Origin: an uncultured Acidobacteriota bacterium
GTDB lineage: Bacteria; Acidobacteriota; UBA6911
Direction: 5' to 3'
DNA: 64,000 nucleotides
Assembly (NCBI GenBank): GCA_963827655.1
Contig: CAWHCF010000026.1
Span: 224,001-288,000, forward strand
Shown: positions 32,881-42,487 of the stretch, piece after piece
Layout of the letters: every line of letters begins with the position of its first letter
Numbering within the stretch: the stretch's first letter is position 1
Translations under genes and position numbers: made by a program
Notes under the pieces: model-generated
Seen by the model: only the letters and a program-made list of their open reading frames with translations
Databases searched by the model: none
What the model was told of the DNA's origin: nothing

Positions 32881-33252
32881 ATGATTTCAAGGTTCGTCGT
32901 CCACCGCCACAAGACCGAGAGATCCCATTTTGACCTCCTTCTGGTGGAAGAGGGCGTCCCGCGCTGCTGGTCTCTTCTCAAGGCACCACCTTCCCGGACT
33001 GGAGAGCACCGGCTGGCGATCGAAAGTGAAAGCTCGCCGGGTGAACAGGAACGCGGGGCTTCGTTGAATAAAGATGCTTTTGGTGAAGGAAAAGTCTACA
33101 TATGGGATGAAGGAGACGTCGAAATAAAGGCCTCGACTCCACGCAAGCTGGTTCTGGTCTTCTCGGGCAAGAAACTTGCCGGCAGTTACGAAATGCTCCG
33201 CATGCTCTGGTACCCAGGGAATCGCTGGTTGCTGCGGAAATCGAGTCTTTGA
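32881..33252 (+). CDS. Stand-alone LigD 3'-phosphoesterase-like domain (divergent)
   Basis: RFVVHRH...HFDL, WSLLKAPP, RLAI, GKVYIWDEG, WLL. Confidence 0.7.
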   Translation: MISRFVVHRHKTERSHFDLLLVEEGVPRCWSLLKAPPSRTGEHRLAIESESSPGEQERGASLNKDAFGEGKVYIWDEGDVEIKASTPRKLVLVFSGKKLAGSYEMLRMLWYPGNRWLLRKSSL

Positions 33253-33372
33253 AATTCCCGGAGTCTTGGAATCACTTCGCCCTTTCGACCAGCCCACTGT
33301 CTGTTCCCCTCAGCACTTTTTACTTTTCACTCTCCACACGGAGGCCATTGTGAGAAGAAAATGGGATTTGGC

Positions 33373-33400
33373 TTGACAGCAAATCGGAATCTAATAGAAT
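33373..33400 (+). promoter_or_regulatory. Sigma-70 promoter candidate
   Basis: TTGACA-N16-TAGAAT upstream of the TPR gene. Confidence 0.55.
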
Positions 33401-33573
33401 TTTTCGCGCAATCTGTCGGGCGTCGCCGAATCGGCGTCCGCCTGTGGCTTCAATTCGCATTCAATTCCCCAGGGAGTCGAAATTGCGCACCGTTTCAGGA
33501 CGAGCTCACTTTTCGCTCTTGCTGAAGGCCACAGCGAACTTCTCAGCGGCCTTTTCGATATCATTTCAGGAGC

Positions 33574-34603
33574 GATGCCGATGGCTCGTAACATCAACAA
33601 TTGTTGCGGTAATGGCACTCTCCGGCAGTCTTCTGGCTGCGGCTGGCGATTGCAGGTCCCTTGCAGGCGGCGCAGCAGGAGAAACCCTCTCCCACTTCCG
33701 ACTACCAGTACCGGAAGGACTACGCCGAGGTAGAAGAAGGGATCAAGAAAGAGGCGGACCCGCAGAAGCGGGCGGACATGTACCTGGCTTTCATCAAGGC
33801 GCATCCGCAGTCCCGGATGATCCCCCACGTTTCCTCATACTACAGCGAGATCGTCGCAGGCCACGCGAAGGCCGGCGCCTGGCCCAAGGTGGTCTCGATG
33901 AACGAGGCCTTTCTTGCGCTTGTGCCCGATGACAAGGCGGCGACAAGTTCCCTTCTCGCAGCGTACTTTCAGACGCAGAATTTCGCGAAGACTGTGGAGC
34001 TGGGCGAAAAAGTATATGCGGCCACGCCCGATAAAGGCGTGGCTTACATGCTAGCCACATCTTATCTTCAGCTGAAAAACACCGAGAAGTTCGCACCCTA
34101 TGCCGAAAAGACCATCGCGGAATTTCCCATCGACCAGACTTTCGGGCTGGCATTGCCGCTGGCGGGCGTTTATGCCGGAAAGAAAGACCTGGACAAGGCA
34201 GCCGAGTATGCGGGCAAGGTCATGGCTGCGTTTGGAGACAAGGTTCCGCCCGGCCTTCAGGAAAATGCGTGGAATCCAAGCCGAGCGTTTGGTTACGGTC
34301 TGATGGGAGCGAGCGCATACGCGAAGAAAGACTACCCGAAAGCGATCGAAAACTACGAAAGAGCTGCGAAAGCCTCTCCGCAAGCCGAAGAACCCTATTA
34401 CTACATCGGTCTTTCGAAATGGCAGAACAAAGACACGGAAGGAGCCATAGCGTCCCTGGCCAAGGTGGTTGTGCTGAAGAAGGCTCTGGCGCCCAAGGCT
34501 CAGGAATAGTCTCGAAAAACTGTACAAGCCGCTCCACAACGATTCGCTGGACGGCTTGGACCAGGTGCTTGCCAAGGCAAAATCCGAGCTCGGCATCAGT
34601 TAG
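33574..34603 (+). CDS. Secreted TPR protein (+1 indels near 33578, 33641, 34509)
   Basis: RBS CAGGAG, signal peptide, TPR-like helices; shifted frame ends LEKLYKPLHNDSLDGLDQVLAKAK. Confidence 0.7.
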
Positions 34604-34743
34604 CTCCGAATAAACCGCAAAGGGACTTGCCGGACTCAGGAACTCCCCTCCGAGCCTGAGGAAAATCAGTTGGGTCAGAATCAAACTCTTGTGTTGCGCT
34701 CCCGGAAATGTGCTAGACTTTGACACTATCAGGTGTCGATTTG

Positions 34744-34800
34744 AATCATCTCCTCTTACATAATCCAACAACGCTATAGTGCCGATCCGGGCACTATAGC
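34744..34800 (+). promoter_or_regulatory. rho leader: G-free C-rich tract followed by a perfect 11-bp hairpin
   Basis: aatcatctcctcttacataatccaacaac then GCTATAGTGCC-gatccg-GGCACTATAGC. Confidence 0.5.
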
Positions 34801-34822
34801 CAAGGACTCCAGGCTAACTAGC

Positions 34823-36130
34823 GTGCCAGACGAAAAGAAAATCTCGATCCAGGAAGCCCTGGATAAAGAAGGCGAACAGCTGCATATCAGCGAGCTGCAA
34901 GCCTTGAATATCAAGGATCTTGCCAAGCTTGGCAAGAAATACAAGCTCACCGATGTCGGAAAGATGAGCAAGCAGGACCTCATCTTTGCCATCCTCCAGG
35001 CACAGGCGGAAAAACACGGGCTCATCTTCTCCGAAGGTGTTCTTGAAGTGCTTCCGGAAGGGTATGGCTTTCTGCGCTCTCCGGACTATAGCTATCTTCC
35101 CGGGCCGGACGACATATACATCTCTCCGTCGCAGATCAGGAAATTCGATCTGCGCACCGGCGACATTGTTTCAGGTCAGATTCGCATGCCGAACGAGGGA
35201 GAGAGGTATCTCGCCCTGGTGAAGGTCGATGCCGTCAACTTCGAGCCTCCCGAGGAAGCGCGTCACCGTATTTTCTATGACAATCTGACGCCGCTGTACC
35301 CGTACGAAAGGATCAGGCTGGAGACCATCAAAGACAATCTTTCCGCGCGGGTCATGGATATCTTCACACCGATCGGAAAAGGTCAGCGCGGGCTGATAGT
35401 GGCGCCCCCGAGAACCGGCAAGACCATGCTCCTGCAGACGCTGGCGAACTCGATCAGCGCGAATCATCCCGAGATCTATCTCATCGTGCTTCTGATCGAC
35501 GAGCGCCCGGAAGAAGTGACCGATATGGAAAGATCGGTCAAGGGAGAGGTCATCAGCTCCACCTTTGACGAACCGGCGACGCGCCACGTTCAGGTGGCCG
35601 AGATCGTCATGGAGAAGGCCAAGCGTCTGGTCGAGCACAAGAAGGACGTCGTCATACTGCTGGATAGCATCACCCGCCTGGCGCGGGCGTACAACACCAT
35701 CGTTCCTTCCAGCGGGAAGGTCCTCTCGGGAGGCGTGGACGCGAACGCCCTGGAAAAACCCAAACGCTTCTTTGGCGCCGCGCGAAAGATCGAGGAGGGG
35801 GGGAGCCTTACCATCATGGCTACGGCGTTGATTGACACCGGAAGCCGAATGGACGACGTAATCTTCGAGGAGTTCAAGGGCACCGGAAACATGGAAATCA
35901 TCCTGGACCGGAAGCTGGTCGACAAGCGCATATTCCCCGCCATCGATATCAATCGCTCCGGGACGCGCAAGGAAGAACTCCTGGTCGAACCCGGCGATCT
36001 GAACAAGATCTGGATCCTGCGCAAAGTCCTGAATCCGCTTTCCATCGATGAAGCCATGGACCTGCTTCTCGATAAACTCCGGAAATCGGATAGCAACGGC
36101 GAGTTTCTCACCGCGCTGAACAAAGGGTAG
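34823..36130 (+). CDS. rho: Transcription termination factor Rho
   Basis: [53 protein letters not shown]. Confidence 0.98.
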   Translation: MPDEKKISIQEALDKEGEQLHISELQALNIKDLAKLGKKYKLTDVGKMSKQDLIFAILQAQAEKHGLIFSEGVLEVLPEGYGFLRSPDYSYLPGPDDIYISPSQIRKFDLRTGDIVSGQIRMPNEGERYLALVKVDAVNFEPPEEARHRIFYDNLTPLYPYERIRLETIKDNLSARVMDIFTPIGKGQRGLIVAPPRTGKTMLLQTLANSISANHPEIYLIVLLIDERPEEVTDMERSVKGEVISSTFDEPATRHVQVAEIVMEKAKRLVEHKKDVVILLDSITRLARAYNTIVPSSGKVLSGGVDANALEKPKRFFGAARKIEEGGSLTIMATALIDTGSRMDDVIFEEFKGTGNMEIILDRKLVDKRIFPAIDINRSGTRKEELLVEPGDLNKIWILRKVLNPLSIDEAMDLLLDKLRKSDSNGEFLTALNKG

Positions 36131-36289
36131 TTCCCGGCGGTCGTGCCAGGGGAAGAACCCGGAGCGTTCGTCCTTCCTGATCTCGAAACCGCTAATCCTA
36201 TGGCGATCTCTTCTTACTCCTGCTTCTGATCATATGCTTTCGGAGATCAGGGCAAAGCTTGGCTGGTTCGTACAAACCCTGGAGGACCC

Positions 36290-36745
36290 ATGTTGAAAGA
36301 AGGAAACAAAGCACCATCTTTTTCGGTTCTGGACGATCAGGGCAAGACCGTGAACCTGTCGGACTTCGCCGGCAAGAAAGAGGTTGTTCTCTTTTTCTTT
36401 CCCAAGGCGGACACGCCCGGCTGAACCAGGGAGGCTTGCGGGTTCCGCGATGCGAAGCAGGAGATCGAGAAAAGGGGCGCGGCGGTCGTGGGGATCAGCG
36501 CCGACAGTATGGCGGCTCAGAAAAAATTTCGCGACAAGTTCAGTCTCAACATGCCTCTACTCTGCGACACGGAGAAGAAGATAATCGCGGCTTACGGGGT
36601 TTACAAAGAGAAGAACATGTACGGGAAAAAAGTGATGGGGATCGAGCGCACCACCTTCATCATCGGCAAGGACGGAACTATCAGAAAGATTTTCCCGAAA
36701 GTAAAAGTGGACGGACACACGGAAGAGGTCCTGGCGGCTCTTTAA
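36290..36745 (+). CDS. bcp: BCP/PrxQ peroxiredoxin, probable selenoprotein (UGA at 36422-36424)
   Basis: RBS GGAGG and ATG 36290 read [21 protein letters not shown] (canonical TPGCTxEACxFRD), in frame with ORF 36488..36745. Confidence 0.92.
36436..36450 (+). promoter_or_regulatory. Candidate SECIS hairpin
   Basis: TTGCGG-GTT-CCGCGA; loop G is 18 nt after the UGA. Confidence 0.6.
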
Positions 36746-36809
36746 GTCTTAGCGTGTCTTCGCGTCTTTGCGCCTTGGTGGTCAGGTGCTTGAGGAGCCC
36801 GGACAAACC

Positions 36810-37838
36810 ATGAAGATCGTCGACGTTTTCAACCATATTTTCCCCAAGCGCTGCTTTGCGAAGTTTCAGTCAGTCGCGCCGCGCCTGGAAGATATGGGCA
36901 AACGCATCCGGAACATTCCGATGCTGACCGATCTCGACGTGCGTTTTCGAACCATGGACGAGTTCGGGGATTACCGTCAGATTCTCTCGCTGGCCTCGCC
37001 GCCGATCGAAACCTACGCCGGTCCCGACGTGTCCCCGGAGCTGGCGCGCATGGCGAACGACGAGATGGCGGAGCTGGTGTCACGGTACCCGGACCGGTTT
37101 CCGGGGTTCCTCGCTTCGCTGCCGATGAACAACCCGGAGGTCGCCGTCGCCGAGATGCACCGGGCCATCACCGGACTCAAGGCCCGGGGCGTGCAAATCT
37201 ACAGTAACGCCGCCGGCAAGCCGCTCGACGGCGCGGAGTATGCGCCGCTGTTCGAAGGTATGGCCGCAGCCGACTTGCCGGTCTGCCTGCACCCGGCCCG
37301 CGGCGCCGGCCCGGCCGATTATTCCGGCGAGGAGAAGTCCAGGTATGAAATCTGGTGGACCTTTGGCTGGCCCTACGAGACCAGCGTCGCCATGGCCCGC
37401 CTCGTGTTTTCGGGGTTGTTCGACCGCCTGCCGGACATCAAGATCATCACCCACCACATGGGAGCCATGATTCCTTACTTCGAAGGGCGAGTCGGCTACG
37501 GCTGGGACCAGATCGGCACGCGTTCCTCCCAGGAAGATTACGCGGCGTTGCGCAAGTCCATGAAGATGCGCCCCGTGGACTACTTTCACAAGTTCTACGC
37601 TGATACGGCTTTGTTCGGCTCTCTTGCCGCCACGCGCTGCGGGCTGGAGTTCTTCGGGGCCGACCAGGTTCTCTTCGCATCGGACTCGCCGTTCGAGCCC
37701 CAGCCCGGCCTGTATATCCGGGAAACGATCCGTGTGGTTCAAGCTCTGGAGATCTCTTCTCTGGAGCGAGAAAAGATCTGCTATCGCAACGCCGCGCGTC
37801 TCCTCAAATTGCCCGAAGGCGAATCGCTCGCAGCCTGA
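36810..37838 (+). CDS. Amidohydrolase_2 family protein (ACMSD-like decarboxylase/hydratase)
   Basis: DVFNH, LHP, ITHHMG, ADTA, FASDSPF, NAARLL. Confidence 0.85.
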   Translation: MKIVDVFNHIFPKRCFAKFQSVAPRLEDMGKRIRNIPMLTDLDVRFRTMDEFGDYRQILSLASPPIETYAGPDVSPELARMANDEMAELVSRYPDRFPGFLASLPMNNPEVAVAEMHRAITGLKARGVQIYSNAAGKPLDGAEYAPLFEGMAAADLPVCLHPARGAGPADYSGEEKSRYEIWWTFGWPYETSVAMARLVFSGLFDRLPDIKIITHHMGAMIPYFEGRVGYGWDQIGTRSSQEDYAALRKSMKMRPVDYFHKFYADTALFGSLAATRCGLEFFGADQVLFASDSPFEPQPGLYIRETIRVVQALEISSLEREKICYRNAARLLKLPEGESLAA

Positions 37839-37850
37839 GCGGCTGTGGCG

Positions 37851-38823
37851 TCATCTTGCGTTTCCTGCTGTCTTTGCGCCTGGGCGCTTAGCGCGCCTGG
37901 CCGCGTCGAATTGCTTCCGGATGAAGTCGACCGGGGAGACGCGAGGCTGGTCCTGCCCCTGGAACTGCACGACGCATTCGATGCCGAGCGCGTCCATCCG
38001 CTCCTTGAGCGCGAGCCCGAACTTCGGGTGGTGGACAATCAGGTTGAGTGACGTGTTCGGGCCGACCTCCTCGTTGGGAAGGCTGTAGCTCAGCAGGGCC
38101 GGCGGATCGTCTCTGGAGAGGTAGGTAATGGGCGCGAACTCCTCGTAGCGCTTGTAGGCGCGCGGCGTGTCGATCTCCTCGGCCTTGATGTCATAGAAGG
38201 GGAGAAAGAACTCGTGCCGCTCGAAATTGGGCCGGGGAATACCGATCTTCTCGGCAAAGCGCGGATCGTAAGACGACTGTCCGTTATCCACGGCGACGCA
38301 GGTCATCCGCGTCGACTGCCGGGCGACCGGGTCGGAGCTCTTGGGTTGCGCCAGGTCGTCGTGGAAGGCGAGCCACATCGACGTACCGGCGCCCGCCGAG
38401 CCGCCGGTCGAGGCCACGAGGCTGGGATCGAGGTTCCACTCTTTCGCGTGGTGCCTGAGAAACTGGAGCGCGCGCCCGCAATCCAGGTAGGCCGCCGGTG
38501 CGGGGGCGGTGGTGGTGAGGCGGTAGTTGATCGCGGCCACGGAAAAGCCGGCGTCGAGGTACGCTTTCAGACTGTTCGGGTTCAGGCCCTTCTTGTCTCC
38601 CTGCCGGAAGCCGCCGCCATGGATGAACAGCACCAGCGGCGCGGGCTCCGCGGAGCGCGCTTTCCAGAGATCGAGCACGTTGCGCTCATGCGGTCCGTAC
38701 GATGCGTTCTGCACGTCCGGCGGAGGCAGGGCGGGGGGTGTCGTCTGGGCCGGCTGAGCCTTGCTCGGGGCCAGGGACGTCCATCCGGCGAAGAGAATAA
38801 CCAGCACAATTCGTTTGAAACAT
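37851..38823 (-). CDS. Secreted alpha/beta hydrolase, HSL-like (probable extra T just after the start)
   Basis: IHGGGF, INYRL, GGSAG; signal peptide. Confidence 0.85.
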
Positions 38824-38974
38824 TTCCATCATATCCGTCATTGGATTCCCCCTTCTGGGCGAAGCGGCAGTTGGCAGCAAAGAGCGGGCTGCGAGCCGTG
38901 GACAGAATCTAGCAGAAATCCAGGAGCCCGGGCAAGGTAACAGGGAGTTTTGGGAGGTTTAGCTGCCGGGCGAG

Positions 38975-39062
38975 TCTTGGTGTTTCTTCGCGTCTCTGTG
39001 TCCTCGGGTATTTGTTTCGCAGCGCTAACCACAAAGACGCGAAGACACGAAGAAACACTAAG
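38975..39062. repeat. REP-like inverted pair of the 9-nt-periodic family
   Basis: Arms homologous to 25181-25270. Confidence 0.8.
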
Positions 39063-39076
39063 TTGGTGTCCGAGGA

Positions 39077-39799
39077 CTAAGGTAACGTGAAGGAGCTTTC
39101 GGTGATCGTCTGGTTTCCGCCCGCCTCTATTGCCAGCACCTCGAACAGGTGCCGCCCGGACTCGAGGGACGCTACGAATTCCGGCGATACCGTCACGCTC
39201 GTGATCGAAGCCGGGACGGTGACCTGGAAGTCCCCGAGGAGGACCTGGTAGCCGACGATTTCAATCGGTCTATTTGGAAAGCCTGCCGCCGAAGTTTTAA
39301 CGGGGTCCCAGCTGATGGCCAGTGTTTTCCCAGGGCCGACGCGTGCCGAGATATTGGACGGCCCGGCAGGAACAGCGTGCGTGAGCATCGATGCGCCGAA
39401 CAGGATCTTTCCATCGACGGTCCTGCCAAAAAAGTTGTATTGGCCCTCCGGGAACAGGCCCAGAAGCTCGTCGACCGGGACTTCGTCGAGTGATGGCTCC
39501 GCGCCCTCGAAGAAGAGCTCAGTCATTCCGAGTCTGCCAAAGCCGCCATTGCCCTCGACCTCGAAAATGGTGCGTCCCTTCGGGTTTACGATCTCGATCT
39601 CTTTCCAGTCTTCTGCGTCGAGGCGGACATGAAAGCCCGCATCGTTAGCCGTTCCGTTATACTCGATGAAGATCCTCGAAATGGGGAAGGGTATCCCCTT
39701 TTTCTGCGCCCAGCCTGTCGGAGTGGCGGCATTTAAGATCAGAGCCACCATGGGTGCCAGAAAAAGTGACAATACAGGTATGTGTCTGCGTCTCTTCAT
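39077..39799 (-). CDS. Secreted hypothetical protein with FN3-like C-terminus
   Basis: RBS GGAGG, signal peptide, ISWDPV...GYQV...FEVLAIEAGGN. Confidence 0.7.
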   Translation of the reverse strand: MKRRRHIPVLSLFLAPMVALILNAATPTGWAQKKGIPFPISRIFIEYNGTANDAGFHVRLDAEDWKEIEIVNPKGRTIFEVEGNGGFGRLGMTELFFEGAEPSLDEVPVDELLGLFPEGQYNFFGRTVDGKILFGASMLTHAVPAGPSNISARVGPGKTLAISWDPVKTSAAGFPNRPIEIVGYQVLLGDFQVTVPASITSVTVSPEFVASLESGRHLFEVLAIEAGGNQTITESSFTLP

Positions 39800-40390
39800 T
39801 TGGTTCCTCCTATTGGTTTATCAGAGTCAGGAAACCGCCTGACATTCGGACCAGCGGCCGGGTAATCGTGGGCGCACGGCGTTCCCGACGATCGGCAAAA
39901 GGAAGCACGCTCCTGATCCAGGAACGTGAGCGATTCATTGTTGTTCCTCAAACGGCCCCCGCTCCGCGTGGCTAAGGCTAGTTGGCACACGTTAGACAGG
40001 CGTAGGCCGGAGAATCCTTCGCTGACGCAAGCCGAATTCGCCGCCGTCATTGGGGCGCGTAGAATTCGATCGTACGGCAGGAGCGGGGCGGGATGGGAAT
40101 CCCCGAGCCGTTGACCCGGCTGGTCCCAATGACGGCGGAGCAAGGGGCAGCGAGACCTAAAACCAAATCAAAACCAGGTTTGAAGAATGTCGAAGCGGTC
40201 TTGCGAAGAGCCGGGGCGGCCATGAAGGATGTCGGCCACAGGCGCACGTGCGGATGGGCGAGGGCGTCGCTTGCGGGAGATCTTTGCCTCGGGCGAGCTG
40301 TTCGTCGTCTACAACGAGGACCGCGATCGCTCGCAGCGAGATTTCGGTATCTTCAGAATCAGGCGCTGATCAACAAGATCAATCGTCGGT

Positions 40391-40771
40391 TCAGGTTTTG
40401 ATGCTCAGCTCCACCGGCTTCCCGTGCGGCGTGTGTCTGTACGCGTCTTCCCACGCTTGCTTGCGTTCGAGGAGCGCCGTCTGGTCGGCCAGTCCGCGCG
40501 AAGTAACCAGGCCTTCGAGCGCCGCGAGCCAATGATGATAGTAGCGCGAGCCGTCGTCGGGTTCGCCGCGGTCGGACGCAGCCTTGAGCTCGGCGGCAAG
40601 CGCAGCAGCCCATTCCTTCCAGGTGAAGTGTCCCTGTTCGGAAAGTTTCACCGCTAGCGCGAACGCCTGCGCCTCCCACGGCTCGGCAAACACGGGTCCG
40701 CCTTCGTCGCGCGGAAGCCGCGGCAACGCCTGAAGGCGTTCGTCGTCGACTGATGACTTAGTCTCGTTCAA
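40391..40771 (-). CDS. Nitrile hydratase accessory/activator protein
   Basis: PVFAEPWEAQAFALAV, YYHHWLAALE, TPHGKPVEL; TTG start overlaps the beta-subunit stop region. Confidence 0.88.
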   Translation of the reverse strand: MNETKSSVDDERLQALPRLPRDEGGPVFAEPWEAQAFALAVKLSEQGHFTWKEWAAALAAELKAASDRGEPDDGSRYYHHWLAALEGLVTSRGLADQTALLERKQAWEDAYRHTPHGKPVELSIKT

Positions 40772-41405
40772 GATAGTGCTCCCACATGTCGACATAAACG
40801 TTGTCGCGCGGCGACGCTTGATCGCCCCAGAGCTCACGCGCGGGGAAGCGGACCGTGTAAACGTGCTGCGGCCCGCCAATCGGAACACTTTCGGTGTCCG
40901 TGTCCTGCAGATTCCAGACGCCGTGATCGCGAAGGATCGTCCCTCGCTTCCCGCGAGCGTATCGCGGCAGCCGAGTGTGACCGACCGGGTGCATATTGCG
41001 GACACGAACACGTTGGCCGGCCTTGTAGCGCGCGGGGATACGAACGTTCTGCCGCGCCGCGCTCCGCTGCGCACCGCCGGGCTGCTCCAGAATTCTGGGC
41101 GCCGGCGCTGACGGATCGGCTTTCCCGCTTTCGAGCTCTTTACGGGAGACGAGGCCTGTTCTGACGAGGCGATCGACGAGCACGTAAAACCAGCGCTCGT
41201 AATAACTCATGCGGAGGTACTCGGCAGCGGGTATCCGTTCGAGCTCGTACCGAAAGCCCCGCCACCGGCCTCTGCCCCATCGTCCTGTCGCGCTTATCAA
41301 CGCGTAGACGCGACCTTCCCAGGTCGCGTGGAACACCGGCTCGTTGGCTTCGTATACAATCGGTCCCATGCCGTGCATGCCGCCCATGTCGTGAACGCTG
41401 TTCAT
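40758..41405 (-). CDS. nthB: Nitrile hydratase beta subunit
   Basis: [44 protein letters not shown]. Confidence 0.95.
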   Translation of the reverse strand: MNSVHDMGGMHGMGPIVYEANEPVFHATWEGRVYALISATGRWGRGRWRGFRYELERIPAAEYLRMSYYERWFYVLVDRLVRTGLVSRKELESGKADPSAPAPRILEQPGGAQRSAARQNVRIPARYKAGQRVRVRNMHPVGHTRLPRYARGKRGTILRDHGVWNLQDTDTESVPIGGPQHVYTVRFPARELWGDQASPRDNVYVDMWEHYLERD

Positions 41406-42128
41406 GCGGCGCCTCCCGCCCGCCCGCAGAGACTTTCGCAACGCCAACCATCGCGTCCCGTGTGACCAGCTCAGCGAGCTGCTCCTCACTCAGTTTTTCC
41501 GTCCCGCCGGTCGTTCCGGGAGCACGAGATAGCGGACTTCGGCCGTGCTGTCCCAGACCCTGACCTCGACGTCATCGGAAAGCTCGAGACCGAACTCACG
41601 CAGGACACCACGAGGGTCGATCACCGCCCGCGATCGGTAGGGCGCAGACTTGTACCAGACCGGCGGCAAGCCCAGAGTTGGCCACGGGTAGCACGAACAA
41701 AGCGTGCAAACGATCAAGTTGTGCACCTTGGGTTGGTTCTCGACGACGACCATGTATTCGCCCTGCCCGCCGCTGTAACCGAGCTCGGCGATCGCAGCGG
41801 TCGAGTCGGTGAGCAGGCGCTTCTTGTACGCCGGATCGACCCACGCCCGCGCGACGACCTTCGCGCCGTTGCGCGGTCCCACCTTCTGCTCGTACGTCTC
41901 GACGACAGCATCGAGCTCGGAGGTGGTGACCATTCCTTTTTCCACGAGAACCGACTCGAGAGCTTTGACGCGCAGGGCAACGTCCGACGGAATCGCCTGA
42001 TGTTCGTGTTGATGATCGTGATCGTGCCCGGCGGCCATGCGTGAGTCAGCTATGAAGGCGGCTGCACCGGCGGCAGCGTCTTTGAGAAACTCACGGCGGC
42101 CGGCTGGGCTTTTGGGTTCCTTGGTCAT
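41402..42128 (-). CDS. nthA: Cobalt-type nitrile hydratase alpha subunit (indels near the 3' end)
   Basis: [41 protein letters not shown]; shifted frame gives LVTRDAMVG. Confidence 0.95.
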
Positions 42129-42291
42129 GCGCAACTCCCTTTTCGAGAGCAGATAGTTCGTCTCCGACACGCCTCAGACGCGTGTCTGACACCAGCCGGG
42201 CGTCGAGGGGTACACGCGCCACCGTGCCGCTCCTCGTGCTCTGAGTTCCGGAATGGCCCAGCGTCCGAGAAGCCTTATGCTAACTTTGACT

Positions 42292-42379
42292 GATGTTCCT
42301 CGGTCCTGGATGAGTCCCCGACTCTGCGGATTATACGCCAGGTGCATTGCCGGCGTGAAGAACCTGGCCGTGAATCGTG
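42292..42379 (-). promoter_or_regulatory. Duplicated 90-bp promoter/leader-like segment, copy 1
   Basis: Near-identical to 50145-50234; minus strand TTCACG-N18-TATAAT, then GAGTC-GGG-GACTC hairpin. Confidence 0.6.
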
Positions 42380-42487
42380 CGGCATTGCGGGCGCTGGTGC
42401 TCGATCCATACCGACACCGCGTCAGCATCAGGGTGAGCGACCGTGCGATGTCATCCGCGGCCGTAGAGCGCGCCTGCGGAAACGGCA

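Noticed and set aside
34507-34509. TAG near the end of the TPR gene as possible pyrrolysine read-through
   Set aside because: The plausible continuation (LEKLYKPLHN...) is in the +1 frame, so this is an inserted base, not in-frame recoding.
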